Shown here: positions 39,022-47,514 of the stretch, one piece after another
Position numbering within the stretch: position 1 is the stretch's first letter
Layout of the letters: every line of letters begins with the position of its first letter
Origin: Bacteroidales bacterium
GTDB taxonomy: Bacteria > Bacteroidota > Bacteroidia > Bacteroidales > JAAYJT01
Length of the DNA stretch: 64,000 nucleotides
Direction of reading: 5' to 3'
Assembly (NCBI GenBank): GCA_012522795.1
Contig: JAAYJT010000014.1
Coordinates: 1,796 to 65,795 of the forward strand
Notes under the pieces: generated by a model
What the model was told of the DNA's origin: nothing
Database searches by the model: none
What the model saw: the letters and a program-made list of their open reading frames with translations, nothing else
Translations under genes and position numbers: made by a program

Positions 39022-40608
39022 ATGCAACATTTGAGAACCATTATCACTTTTTTATTGGCGGTGGTAGCTCCGTTGGCAATTATTACCCTTGTTCTTCGGG
39101 AAGCGCGACAGGATCATGCTTTACTTGATGGATTGCAGGAAGAATATAATAAGGTTCATCAGTTGGGGGTTGATCATGGTAAACATGCCGTACTTCAGCA
39201 GGATTTTACTAATCCTCATTTGATCACGGCAGCATGTCTTTCATGTCATACTGAAAGGGGAAAAGAGGTACTTGAGAGCAGCCACTGGAAATGGGAACGC
39301 GAAGCCTATATACCCGGTAAAGGTGTTACTTATCTTGGCAAAAAGTCGTTGCTAAATAATTTTTGCACCGGTATTGCTTCAAACGAAGGCTCATGCAACC
39401 GTTGTCATCCAGGATATGGCTGGAAAGACAAAACATTTGATTTTACAAACGAGTATAATATTGATTGCCTTATCTGTCATGATAATACCGGTTTGTACGA
39501 GAAGGCTCCCGGTAGTGCTGGTTATCCGTATATGGATGAGAATGCGCCGGATTATAAAAAGATACTTGCAAATATTGGCAGACCCAAGCGTGAGAATTGC
39601 GGTTATTGCCATTTTAATGGTGGCGGAGGCAATAATGTAAAACATGGAGACCTGGAAATAGCTTTACTTAGTGCCGACAGAACTATTGATGTTCATATGG
39701 GCGTTGACGGAACTAATATGCAATGTGTAGCATGTCATCCGGCTGAGAACCATAAAATGCTTGGAAGATATTATGGTGTTTCATCATCAAATACACAAAG
39801 GGCTACTTGTGAGCGCTGTCATACTTCAGTGCCGCATACCAATAATAAGCTTAACGAACACACAATAAAAGTAGCATGTCAAACCTGCCATATACCGATA
39901 TATGCCAAGGTAAATGCCACTAAAACCGAATGGAACTGGTCAACTGCCACACAACGCAAAGAGGGGTTGCCTTATCAGGTTCTCGATTCTTTGGGTAACG
40001 AAATGTACACTTCTATCAAAGGCGATTTTACATGGCAAAGAATGGTGAAGCCTGAATATATATGGTTTAATGGAACTGCTGATCATCATCTGGTAACAGA
40101 AAAAATTAATCTTAATGATTTGCCAATGAAAATCAATACTTTGAACGGAGAATACCGTGACAGGAACAGTAAAATTTATCCGACAAAAGTTCACAGAGGA
40201 AAACAACCCTATGATCCTGTGAATCTGACTATTATTCAACCAAAGCTTTGGGATGCCGAAGCCAATAAAGGTGCATTATGGATAGATCTTGATTGGGAAG
40301 CAGCTTTACGAACCGGAATGGAATATCTTGATTTGCCTTATAGCGGCCAGCATGATTTTATTCCTACTGAAATGTTTTTGCCCGTAAACCATATGGTGTC
40401 ACTTGCCAGCGAATCGTTACAATGCAGCGATTGCCATACCCGAAATGAAGGACGACTTGCAAATCTGACTGATTTCTACATGCCCGGTCGTGATTATAAT
40501 GCTGGTATTGATACTTTAGGAAAACTGCTTATTATATTCTCAATATTTGGAGCTATTATTCATGGTTCTATCAGAATTATTACACACCGAAAAAGACAAG
40601 CCAAATAA
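39022..40608 (+). CDS. otr: Octaheme c-type cytochrome, tetrathionate reductase (OTR) family, with N- and C-terminal membrane anchors
   Basis: It has exactly eight CxxCH motifs (CLSCH, CNRCH, CLICH, CGYCH, CVACH, CERCH, CQTCH, CSDCH). The N-terminus is hydrophobic (IITFLLAVVAPLAIITLVL). A C-terminal hydrophobic helix (LLIIFSIFGAIIHGSIRII) is followed by HRKRQAK. Confidence 0.8.
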   Translation: MQHLRTIITFLLAVVAPLAIITLVLREARQDHALLDGLQEEYNKVHQLGVDHGKHAVLQQDFTNPHLITAACLSCHTERGKEVLESSHWKWEREAYIPGKGVTYLGKKSLLNNFCTGIASNEGSCNRCHPGYGWKDKTFDFTNEYNIDCLICHDNTGLYEKAPGSAGYPYMDENAPDYKKILANIGRPKRENCGYCHFNGGGGNNVKHGDLEIALLSADRTIDVHMGVDGTNMQCVACHPAENHKMLGRYYGVSSSNTQRATCERCHTSVPHTNNKLNEHTIKVACQTCHIPIYAKVNATKTEWNWSTATQRKEGLPYQVLDSLGNEMYTSIKGDFTWQRMVKPEYIWFNGTADHHLVTEKINLNDLPMKINTLNGEYRDRNSKIYPTKVHRGKQPYDPVNLTIIQPKLWDAEANKGALWIDLDWEAALRTGMEYLDLPYSGQHDFIPTEMFLPVNHMVSLASESLQCSDCHTRNEGRLANLTDFYMPGRDYNAGIDTLGKLLIIFSIFGAIIHGSIRIITHRKRQAK

Positions 40609-40624
40609 CTATAACTAATCTACT

Positions 40625-41269
40625 ATGAGCAAAACTTATAAAGCATACGTTTACAAGGGCTTTGAAAGGTTCTGGCACTGGACACAGGCTTTCCTTATTA
40701 TGTTTCTGGCATTAACAGGATTTGAAATCCATAGCAGTTATTCCCTGTTTGGTTTCGAAACTGCAGTTGATCTGCATAGCAAGGCTGCATGGGCTTTTAT
40801 AGTACTTATTGTATTTGCAATATTCTGGCATATTACCACAGGTGAATGGAAACAATACCTTCCGACTACAAGGAATTTGAAAGCCCAGATAGAATTCTAC
40901 ATTACCGGGATTTTCCGCAATGCACCACATCCTACAAAGAAGACCCTGATAAGTAAGTTAAATCCTTTACAGCGTCTGGTATACCTTGGTCTTAAAGTTT
41001 TCATAATACCTGTTATGGTTATTTCGGGATTGTTATACTTGTTTTTCAGGTATCCGCAATCAGGCTCCATTAAATCATTAGCAGTCGAAAATCTTGAGAT
41101 CATAGCATTAATACATACTGCAGGAGCATTCCTGCTGGTAGCTTTCCTGATTGTACATCTTTATCTAATAACCACTGGTCATACCATTACTTCGAACCTT
41201 AAAGCCATGATAACCGGATGGGAAGAATTAGAAGAAGATGAACCAGATACTAACGAAGCCAAGCAATAA
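40625..41269 (+). CDS. Membrane cytochrome b (PF01292 / thiosulfate-reductase PhsC-like family)
   Basis: 214 aa with 4-5 TM segments, an N-terminal FERFWHWTQA motif and conserved His residues in the TM helices (FWHITTGEW, IHTAGAFLL, VHLYL). Confidence 0.75.
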   Translation: MSKTYKAYVYKGFERFWHWTQAFLIMFLALTGFEIHSSYSLFGFETAVDLHSKAAWAFIVLIVFAIFWHITTGEWKQYLPTTRNLKAQIEFYITGIFRNAPHPTKKTLISKLNPLQRLVYLGLKVFIIPVMVISGLLYLFFRYPQSGSIKSLAVENLEIIALIHTAGAFLLVAFLIVHLYLITTGHTITSNLKAMITGWEELEEDEPDTNEAKQ

Positions 41270-41290
41270 ATTTTAAATCACCGAATATAA

Positions 41291-42406
41291 TTGAAAATGC
41301 ATAAATTAAATACATACAGTATGTATGCACAATATTTTCGTAAAGCATTGTTAATGCTTTTTCTTGGATTTTTGGGAACAACCTTTTTATCTTGCGGCAA
41401 AAAAGGTTCTTCAGAAATAAATGAGTCAGCCGGAACAGAAAAAACCATAATACTTGCCAAATGGCTGGAGGAAAACGGCAATTACACAAATAGCCCTGAA
41501 ATTCCTTCTATTGTTGATTCTCATGTAGTGTATTCAATGAGGAATGATAATATTCTGGTTATTGATCTTCGTCCTGAAGCCGATTTTAATGAAGGACATA
41601 TTGAACATGCAATAAATTTAAAACAATCAGAAGTGATTGACTTTTTCAAAAACAAAATAAATCCCGGATCTTTTAAGGGTATCTTTTTTGTTTGCAACAA
41701 TATGAGTCGGTCTGGATATACTGCGGGAGTCATGCGTTTATTGGGCTACGACAATGTTTTTGCTATTCGTTTTGGAATGAGCGGATGGGATAGAAAAGTA
41801 GCTGAAAAATACTGGATTGCTAATGTCAGCAACCAATTACTTGGCAAACTTGAAAGCACAGTCAATCCTAAAAACAAGCCTGGTAAACTGCCTGAAATAA
41901 AAGTTTCCGGAAATACCGGATATGATATTGCCATGGAGAGGGCAGAGGAGATCCTGAAAAACAATGAAAATTATGGTGTTACAATAAAGGAATGGCTTGA
42001 GAACCCTGAAGCATATTATACTATTTGTTACTGGCCCGAAGATAAATATATCAGTAACGGACATTTGCCGGGATCAGTTCAGTACCAGCCAAAAAGTTCA
42101 TTGGGTCTGGATATGGAACTTAATACACTGCCTGTAGATAAGCCAATAGTGATTTATTGTTATTCCGGGCAACACAGCACTTATGTTACTTCATACCTAC
42201 GTATGCTTGGGTATGACGCACGCTCACTGGTATATGGATCCAATGCTTTTATACATGAAACAATGGCTAAAACCGAACCTAGACCTACCCGTACTTTTAC
42301 TGTGAATTTAATCCAGAACCTTCCGGTGGTTAGTACCGAAATTACTGAACCTGCTGAGGTTGATATTGTAAAAGAAGAGAAGATCAAAGTAATGGGCGGT
42401 TGCTAA
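41291..42406 (+). CDS. Lipoprotein with two rhodanese domains and a C-terminal ...VMGGC tail
   Basis: It has a lipobox (GTTFLSCGKK). Domain 1 has VIDLRPEADFNEGHIEHAIN and the active-site loop FVCNNMSRS. Domain 2 has the loop IYCYSGQHS. The protein ends KIKVMGGC-stop. The real start is probably the ATG at 41297 or later. Confidence 0.75.
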   Translation: MKMHKLNTYSMYAQYFRKALLMLFLGFLGTTFLSCGKKGSSEINESAGTEKTIILAKWLEENGNYTNSPEIPSIVDSHVVYSMRNDNILVIDLRPEADFNEGHIEHAINLKQSEVIDFFKNKINPGSFKGIFFVCNNMSRSGYTAGVMRLLGYDNVFAIRFGMSGWDRKVAEKYWIANVSNQLLGKLESTVNPKNKPGKLPEIKVSGNTGYDIAMERAEEILKNNENYGVTIKEWLENPEAYYTICYWPEDKYISNGHLPGSVQYQPKSSLGLDMELNTLPVDKPIVIYCYSGQHSTYVTSYLRMLGYDARSLVYGSNAFIHETMAKTEPRPTRTFTVNLIQNLPVVSTEITEPAEVDIVKEEKIKVMGGC

Positions 42407-42498
42407 ATGGCTTTGAATATTAATTGCCAGACATTAAAAATTGAATAAGAATATTAGATCATAAAAAATATAAGAGAATAACAAACGAATAAAATATT

Positions 42499-43020
42499 AT
42501 GGAAAATAAATCAACTTCTTACATGAATTCATACCTGGCGGGTTTTCTGCTTGGGTTGGTTCTGATTGCTGCATTTTTTGTTACAGGTCGGGGATTAGGG
42601 GCAAGCGGTGCAGCTAAAAGCGTTGTAATATCTTCGGTGGCAACAGTAGCCCCTGAATATGCGCAATCGCATCCGTTTTATGCTGAGTTTTTCCGTGAAG
42701 GTCCCGGCCCAATGAAAAACTGGCTTGTTTATCTGACCCTTGGAGTGCTTGCCGGTGCATTCTTTTCAGGTGCCATGTCAGGCAGGCTGGGTTTAAAAGT
42801 AGAGAAAGGGCCGAGGATCAGTTCAGCCACACGACTTGTTTTTGCACTTTTAGGTGGTTTAATGTTTGGACTCGGAGCACAATTCGGGAGGGGATGTACC
42901 AGTGGTACTGCCCTTACAGGTATGGCTGTTCTTTCAACAGCCGGATTCGTTACTATGATGGCTATTTTCGGAACCGGATATGTGCTTGCTTATTTTTTCA
43001 GAAAACTTTGGCTTAAATAG
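42499..43020 (+). CDS. YeeE/YedE family sulfur-compound transporter, half-size subunit
   Basis: 173 aa with ~4 TM segments and the characteristic Cys motif GRGCTSG. Confidence 0.8.
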   Translation: MENKSTSYMNSYLAGFLLGLVLIAAFFVTGRGLGASGAAKSVVISSVATVAPEYAQSHPFYAEFFREGPGPMKNWLVYLTLGVLAGAFFSGAMSGRLGLKVEKGPRISSATRLVFALLGGLMFGLGAQFGRGCTSGTALTGMAVLSTAGFVTMMAIFGTGYVLAYFFRKLWLK

Positions 43021-43033
43021 AAAGGAGTAAATA

Positions 43034-44260
43034 ATGGGACCATTAATACCTCATGGATTCATCAATCCCGACCTTAATCTTTTCTTTGCTTTTATAATAG
43101 GTTTGGGCTTTGGTTACGTTCTCGAACAGGCAGGTTTTTCATCTTCACGAAAGCTTGCAGGCGTGTTTTATGGTTATGATTTTGTGGTGCTTCGCGTGTT
43201 TTTTACAGCAGCTATCACAGCAGCTACAGGTTTGTTGTTACTGAGTTATCTTGGTTGGCTTGATTACAGTATATTGTATATTAACCCTACATTTTTGTGG
43301 TCGGCTATTGTTGGTGGTGTTATTATGGGCTTTGGATTTATCATGGGTGGGTTTTGTCCGGGAACAAGCCTTGTGGGAGCTGTTATCGGAAAAATTGATG
43401 CCATGTTTTTTGTGATAGGTATGTTTATCGGGATCTTTATTTTTGGCCAGTTTTACGAAAGTTTTGAAAGCATTTATCTGGGTTATGGCCTGGGACCAAT
43501 ATTTGTGTATGAATCTCTTGGCATAGACCGCGATTTGTTTGTTCTGATCCTGGTACTTGTTGCACTTACAGCCTTTTATATTACACAGCGTATTGAAGAC
43601 AAGGTTAATGATACTCCTATAAATGTAAGGGAATCAAGACCATCATATGCCATACCAGCTTCATTAATTATTCTTGCTGCTGTTTTGCTTCTTGTTCTTC
43701 CTTCGAGTCCGCGCAATAGCTGGGATGAAACTGATGCTGAAACCATATTAAGCGAAATGGCAGCCCGTAAGCATTACACCAGCCCTGATGAAGTAGCATT
43801 TAGCATTATGCAGGGTAAGGATTATCCGGCTTTGCTTGTTGATGTGAGAGCACCTGAAGATTTCAAGTATTTTACACTTCCAGGTGCTATAAATATTCCT
43901 TTGAATCAAATATTAAACCGTCGCTGGGAATCAACATTATTGAATCCTGAATATAAAGTGGCATTGTTCTCATATTCCGATACTCATGCTGAAGAGGCAT
44001 GGCTACTTACACGGCGTGCCGGATACAAGGACATAAAAGTTCTGGAAGGCGGGCTTAATAATTTCTTACATACTGTTTTTCTTAGAGATATTGAGCCTGA
44101 AAGAAAACGTCCGGACTGTATTGAAATGCATACCGCAAGATTTCAAAAAGAAGCAAAAGAATACTTCAAGATGGGGAAAGCTATTAAAAAAGTGGAAAAA
44201 GCACCCACCCCGGTTATTAAGATCGTAGAAATTGAAAAACCTGTTTCAGGCGGATGTTAA
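43034..44260 (+). CDS. YeeE/YedE half-size subunit fused to a Cys-less rhodanese-like domain, with a C-terminal ...VSGGC tail
   Basis: The N-terminal ~220 aa are polytopic and carry the GGFCPGTS motif. The C-terminal rhodanese-like domain (LLVDVRAPEDF...GAINIP) has the loop ALFSYSDTH, with Ser where the catalytic Cys is expected. The protein ends KPVSGGC-stop. Confidence 0.75.
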   Translation: MGPLIPHGFINPDLNLFFAFIIGLGFGYVLEQAGFSSSRKLAGVFYGYDFVVLRVFFTAAITAATGLLLLSYLGWLDYSILYINPTFLWSAIVGGVIMGFGFIMGGFCPGTSLVGAVIGKIDAMFFVIGMFIGIFIFGQFYESFESIYLGYGLGPIFVYESLGIDRDLFVLILVLVALTAFYITQRIEDKVNDTPINVRESRPSYAIPASLIILAAVLLLVLPSSPRNSWDETDAETILSEMAARKHYTSPDEVAFSIMQGKDYPALLVDVRAPEDFKYFTLPGAINIPLNQILNRRWESTLLNPEYKVALFSYSDTHAEEAWLLTRRAGYKDIKVLEGGLNNFLHTVFLRDIEPERKRPDCIEMHTARFQKEAKEYFKMGKAIKKVEKAPTPVIKIVEIEKPVSGGC

Positions 44261-44279
44261 TTTATAAAAACCTCTAGTT

Positions 44280-44891
44280 ATGAATAATTCTCAGACTCAG
44301 TTATTAAATATAGGTGCTTTTCTATTTGTTGGATTAGCTGTTCTATTTATGCTTGTTCAATATTTAATAGGACCGGACTATAAAATGAACAATGCTGGTA
44401 TGCTTGACGAAGCCGTAAATCATAATCGTTGGGTAATGCCTGTAGATATTAAAAACATGGCAGAATCAAGTCGTTTGCAGGATTATCTTCTCGTTGATCT
44501 TCGCGAAACTGTGGATTATAATCATGGTAGCTTACCTGGTGCTATAAATATTCCTTTTGATGAATTGCTAGAAAAAAAGTCGTTAAAGCATTTTAAAACT
44601 AAGAAGCCTTTGTTGCTTTTTTCAGAAAAAGAATCCCGGGCTTCGGTTGCAGGATTATTACTGTCAGGCAAAGGCATTAATAATGTTTTTGTAATGGCAA
44701 ACGATTATAATTATGTGAAAGAAAATGTTTTGGAAAATTACAAACCTTCTTCCGCATATATAAACAGCGAAAAGGCTGAATATGATTACTCAAGATTTTT
44801 CAAGGCAGCACCCCAACAAGCTGTTCAGCCTGCTGCTTTGAAACCAAAGATCATAAAAACAGAAGTAATTTCTGTGGGTGGAGGATGCTGA
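44280..44891 (+). CDS. Membrane-anchored single rhodanese-like domain protein (Cys-less loop), with a C-terminal ...VGGGC tail
   Basis: It has an N-terminal TM helix (IGAFLFVGLAVLFMLVQYLI) and LLVDLRETVDYNHGSLPGAINIP. The loop LLFSEKESR lacks Cys. The protein ends VISVGGGC-stop. Confidence 0.7.
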   Translation: MNNSQTQLLNIGAFLFVGLAVLFMLVQYLIGPDYKMNNAGMLDEAVNHNRWVMPVDIKNMAESSRLQDYLLVDLRETVDYNHGSLPGAINIPFDELLEKKSLKHFKTKKPLLLFSEKESRASVAGLLLSGKGINNVFVMANDYNYVKENVLENYKPSSAYINSEKAEYDYSRFFKAAPQQAVQPAALKPKIIKTEVISVGGGC

Positions 44892-45131
44892 TTTGTGTTT
44901 GAACAGACTTAAGAATAGTTAGCTGATCCTAAATCAGCCAGTTTCTGACTATTATGCTGCCTGTGATTGACTATTGAAAAGGCAGGTGATTTATTGCTTT
45001 TACTTTGGCAATTTCTGAAAATTGTGTTATTTCGCCATTTGCTTTATTTTAGGAGTTGTTTTTGAATTTGTTTTATTAAACACAAACACTAAATGTTTGT
45101 TAATTAATTGAACTATCAAAATTAACCATCT

Positions 45132-45857
45132 ATGAAAGATAAAATTGAATCAATTGGTACTTTATGGAAGCGTGAGAAACTCGCCACATTGGAATGGGAA
45201 GTTGAATTTGACGAATTATTGCTAGAGGATAAAGATCCTTTGCCCGGATATTATGATCATTTTGAGATCCCATCGCAGGAAAAAGATTTTCTGCCGCGCT
45301 GGATCTTTGCTGTTTTACGTCAAACCGGTCCCTGCGATACTGATCACCTGATTGATGTTGCGACACATATTAAAAAAGAAAAAGCTTTTTCTTTTGGTGC
45401 AGTTCCAGGCTATCTCACACTTAATAATGAAGTTGTGCCATGTATCCGTTTTCAACTCGATGATTACAAGCATCTTGCAGAACTTATAAAAAGTTTTTTA
45501 AAGCATGGTTTTGAATTTGTTAGTGATCGAAAAGTTCCTGCGTATGACAGCCTTATCAAAATCATCAAATTTTTTGATCTTACATTTGTGGATGATTCTA
45601 TTTACAAAGACAATGATTTGCCTGATACTCACTATATTATAATACCCAAAAGGGTTGATTGGGATATTTTTGAAAAACTGACTATCAGTGTTAAAAACAA
45701 TTGTAGTCATAAAATATTTGATGCAGCATTAGTTTCTGCTTACGATAAATCAGGCTTGATTAACATGGTTCGAATCTACGACAGGAAACAGCATATTGAG
45801 AATATCAGGGAAATACGTAATAGGTATCATAGTGAAATAACTTATCTTGACAAATAA
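45132..45857 (+). CDS. Hypothetical protein (no family recognised)
   Basis: 241-aa ORF with normal composition and no TM segment or signal peptide. Confidence 0.55.
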   Translation: MKDKIESIGTLWKREKLATLEWEVEFDELLLEDKDPLPGYYDHFEIPSQEKDFLPRWIFAVLRQTGPCDTDHLIDVATHIKKEKAFSFGAVPGYLTLNNEVVPCIRFQLDDYKHLAELIKSFLKHGFEFVSDRKVPAYDSLIKIIKFFDLTFVDDSIYKDNDLPDTHYIIIPKRVDWDIFEKLTISVKNNCSHKIFDAALVSAYDKSGLINMVRIYDRKQHIENIREIRNRYHSEITYLDK

Positions 45858-45893
45858 ATTCTTGTTTCGGAAAGATAAACAAATCCTTTATAA

Positions 45894-46160
45894 ATGATCT
45901 CTGCAAAAGCTTTCATGGCAATGACGGTACTTGAGCGGGCTGCTACCGTTCTTGAACACGGTACTGAGCTTAGTAGCCGTATTTACATGTTTTATGTGGT
46001 GAAACTTTATTGTCTGGGTGACTTTCTTGTTGAACTGTGGTACAGGCAAAATGAAAATAAGATTGAAAAGATCGAAGTGGTGGATAGTGAGGAGATCTTT
46101 CACTTTTATGAAAAAGAAATTGATATCAGCGATTTATTCAGGCATAAAGACAATATCTGA
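45894..46160 (+). CDS. Hypothetical small protein
   Basis: 88-aa ORF starting 36 nt after the preceding gene. No family recognised. Confidence 0.4.
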   Translation: MISAKAFMAMTVLERAATVLEHGTELSSRIYMFYVVKLYCLGDFLVELWYRQNENKIEKIEVVDSEEIFHFYEKEIDISDLFRHKDNI

Positions 46161-46284
46161 GAATTCCAATAAAAGTTCTGCCGTAATAATCTCATGCATT
46201 TAGCATTGTTTCCTATATCTGCATCTTTACTTCCGGCTTATCAGAAATAAATTCAATATTTTTGGCGCTCATTTCTTTTTATCA

Positions 46285-47514
46285 ATGAGTGATCCACGAC
46301 ACATCAGAATACAGGATTATGATTACAAACTGCCGTTGCAGCAGATAGCTCAATATCCGCTTGAACAAAGGGATAGCTCACGTTTGCTTCTGCATAACTG
46401 CGGAAAAACCGAATCTCATCCTTTTCTTGCTTTGCCTGATCTGTTACCTCCGGAATCATTTCTTGTTTTTAATGATACACGTGTTATTCGGGCAAGATTT
46501 TTATTTTATAAAACCTCTGGAGCAAGAATTGAGATTTTTTGTCTTGAACCGGCTCATCCTACTGCCGATCTACAGCTTGCTTTCAGCGCCACTACTGAAA
46601 GTTACTGGAAATGCTATTTAGGCAATGCCAGAAAATGGAAAAACGGCAGACTTGAGTTATCAGTAAATACAAAGGCAGGAGAAACCCTGGTTTGGGCTGA
46701 AAAAATTGATGTGGAGAATGATACTGCAATTGTTCGGTTCAGATGGAGTAATAACGAGCTGAGTTTTTCAGAAATAATGGAAGCCTGTGGTCATATACCT
46801 TTGCCACCCTATATTGACAGATCTGATAATGAGGATGATATAGTAAGATATCAAACCATTTTTGCCCGCGTACAGGGATCAGTGGCTGCACCAACGGCGG
46901 GGCTGCATTTCACTGGAAAAACTTTTGCCCTTCTTAAACAAAAAAATATCCTTACTCACTGGCTTACCCTACATGTTGGAGCCGGAACTTTTAAACCTGT
47001 GAGTTCAGAGACGATAGGAGGGCACAATATGCATTTTGAAAATTATATCGTTACCCGCGAACTTATTCTTAAACTTTTATTACATGATAATAAACCGGTG
47101 ATTCCTGTTGGAACCACTTCCATGAGAACTCTGGAAAGTATTTATTGGTTAGGAGTCAGAATCCTAAATAATGAGCTTCATAATGATTTGATTACCAATC
47201 AGTGGGAGCCTTATGATAAAGATCGTGATAATGTTTCGTTAAATGCAGCATTGCAGGCACTGTTAAGTCATTTTGATAATTACGGACTTTCTTCATTGAA
47301 TGCTTCTACGGGACTGATAATTGCGCCGGGATATAAATTCAGGGTGTGTTCGGGTCTGATAACAAATTTTCACCTTCCTAAAAGCACATTGCTTTTGCTG
47401 GTAGCTGCACTCATAGGGGATGACTGGCGTAAGGCTTACGACTTTGCTCTTGAAAACGATTTCCGGTTCCTGAGCTATGGCGATTGTTGTCTTTTTATTC
47501 CTTGTACGCAATGA
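46285..47514 (+). CDS. queA: S-adenosylmethionine:tRNA ribosyltransferase-isomerase
   Basis: 409 aa with YDYKLPLQQIAQYPLEQRDSSRLL, FNDTRVIRAR, IPLPPYI, YQTIFA, APTAGLHFT and GTTSMRTLES blocks. Confidence 0.92.
   Translation: MSDPRHIRIQDYDYKLPLQQIAQYPLEQRDSSRLLLHNCGKTESHPFLALPDLLPPESFLVFNDTRVIRARFLFYKTSGARIEIFCLEPAHPTADLQLAFSATTESYWKCYLGNARKWKNGRLELSVNTKAGETLVWAEKIDVENDTAIVRFRWSNNELSFSEIMEACGHIPLPPYIDRSDNEDDIVRYQTIFARVQGSVAAPTAGLHFTGKTFALLKQKNILTHWLTLHVGAGTFKPVSSETIGGHNMHFENYIVTRELILKLLLHDNKPVIPVGTTSMRTLESIYWLGVRILNNELHNDLITNQWEPYDKDRDNVSLNAALQALLSHFDNYGLSSLNASTGLIIAPGYKFRVCSGLITNFHLPKSTLLLLVAALIGDDWRKAYDFALENDFRFLSYGDCCLFIPCTQ

Noticed and set aside
41250-41489. Minus-strand ORFs of 79 and 67 aa at the cytochrome b / rhodanese junction
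   Set aside because: They are antisense to well-supported plus-strand genes in a tightly packed cluster.
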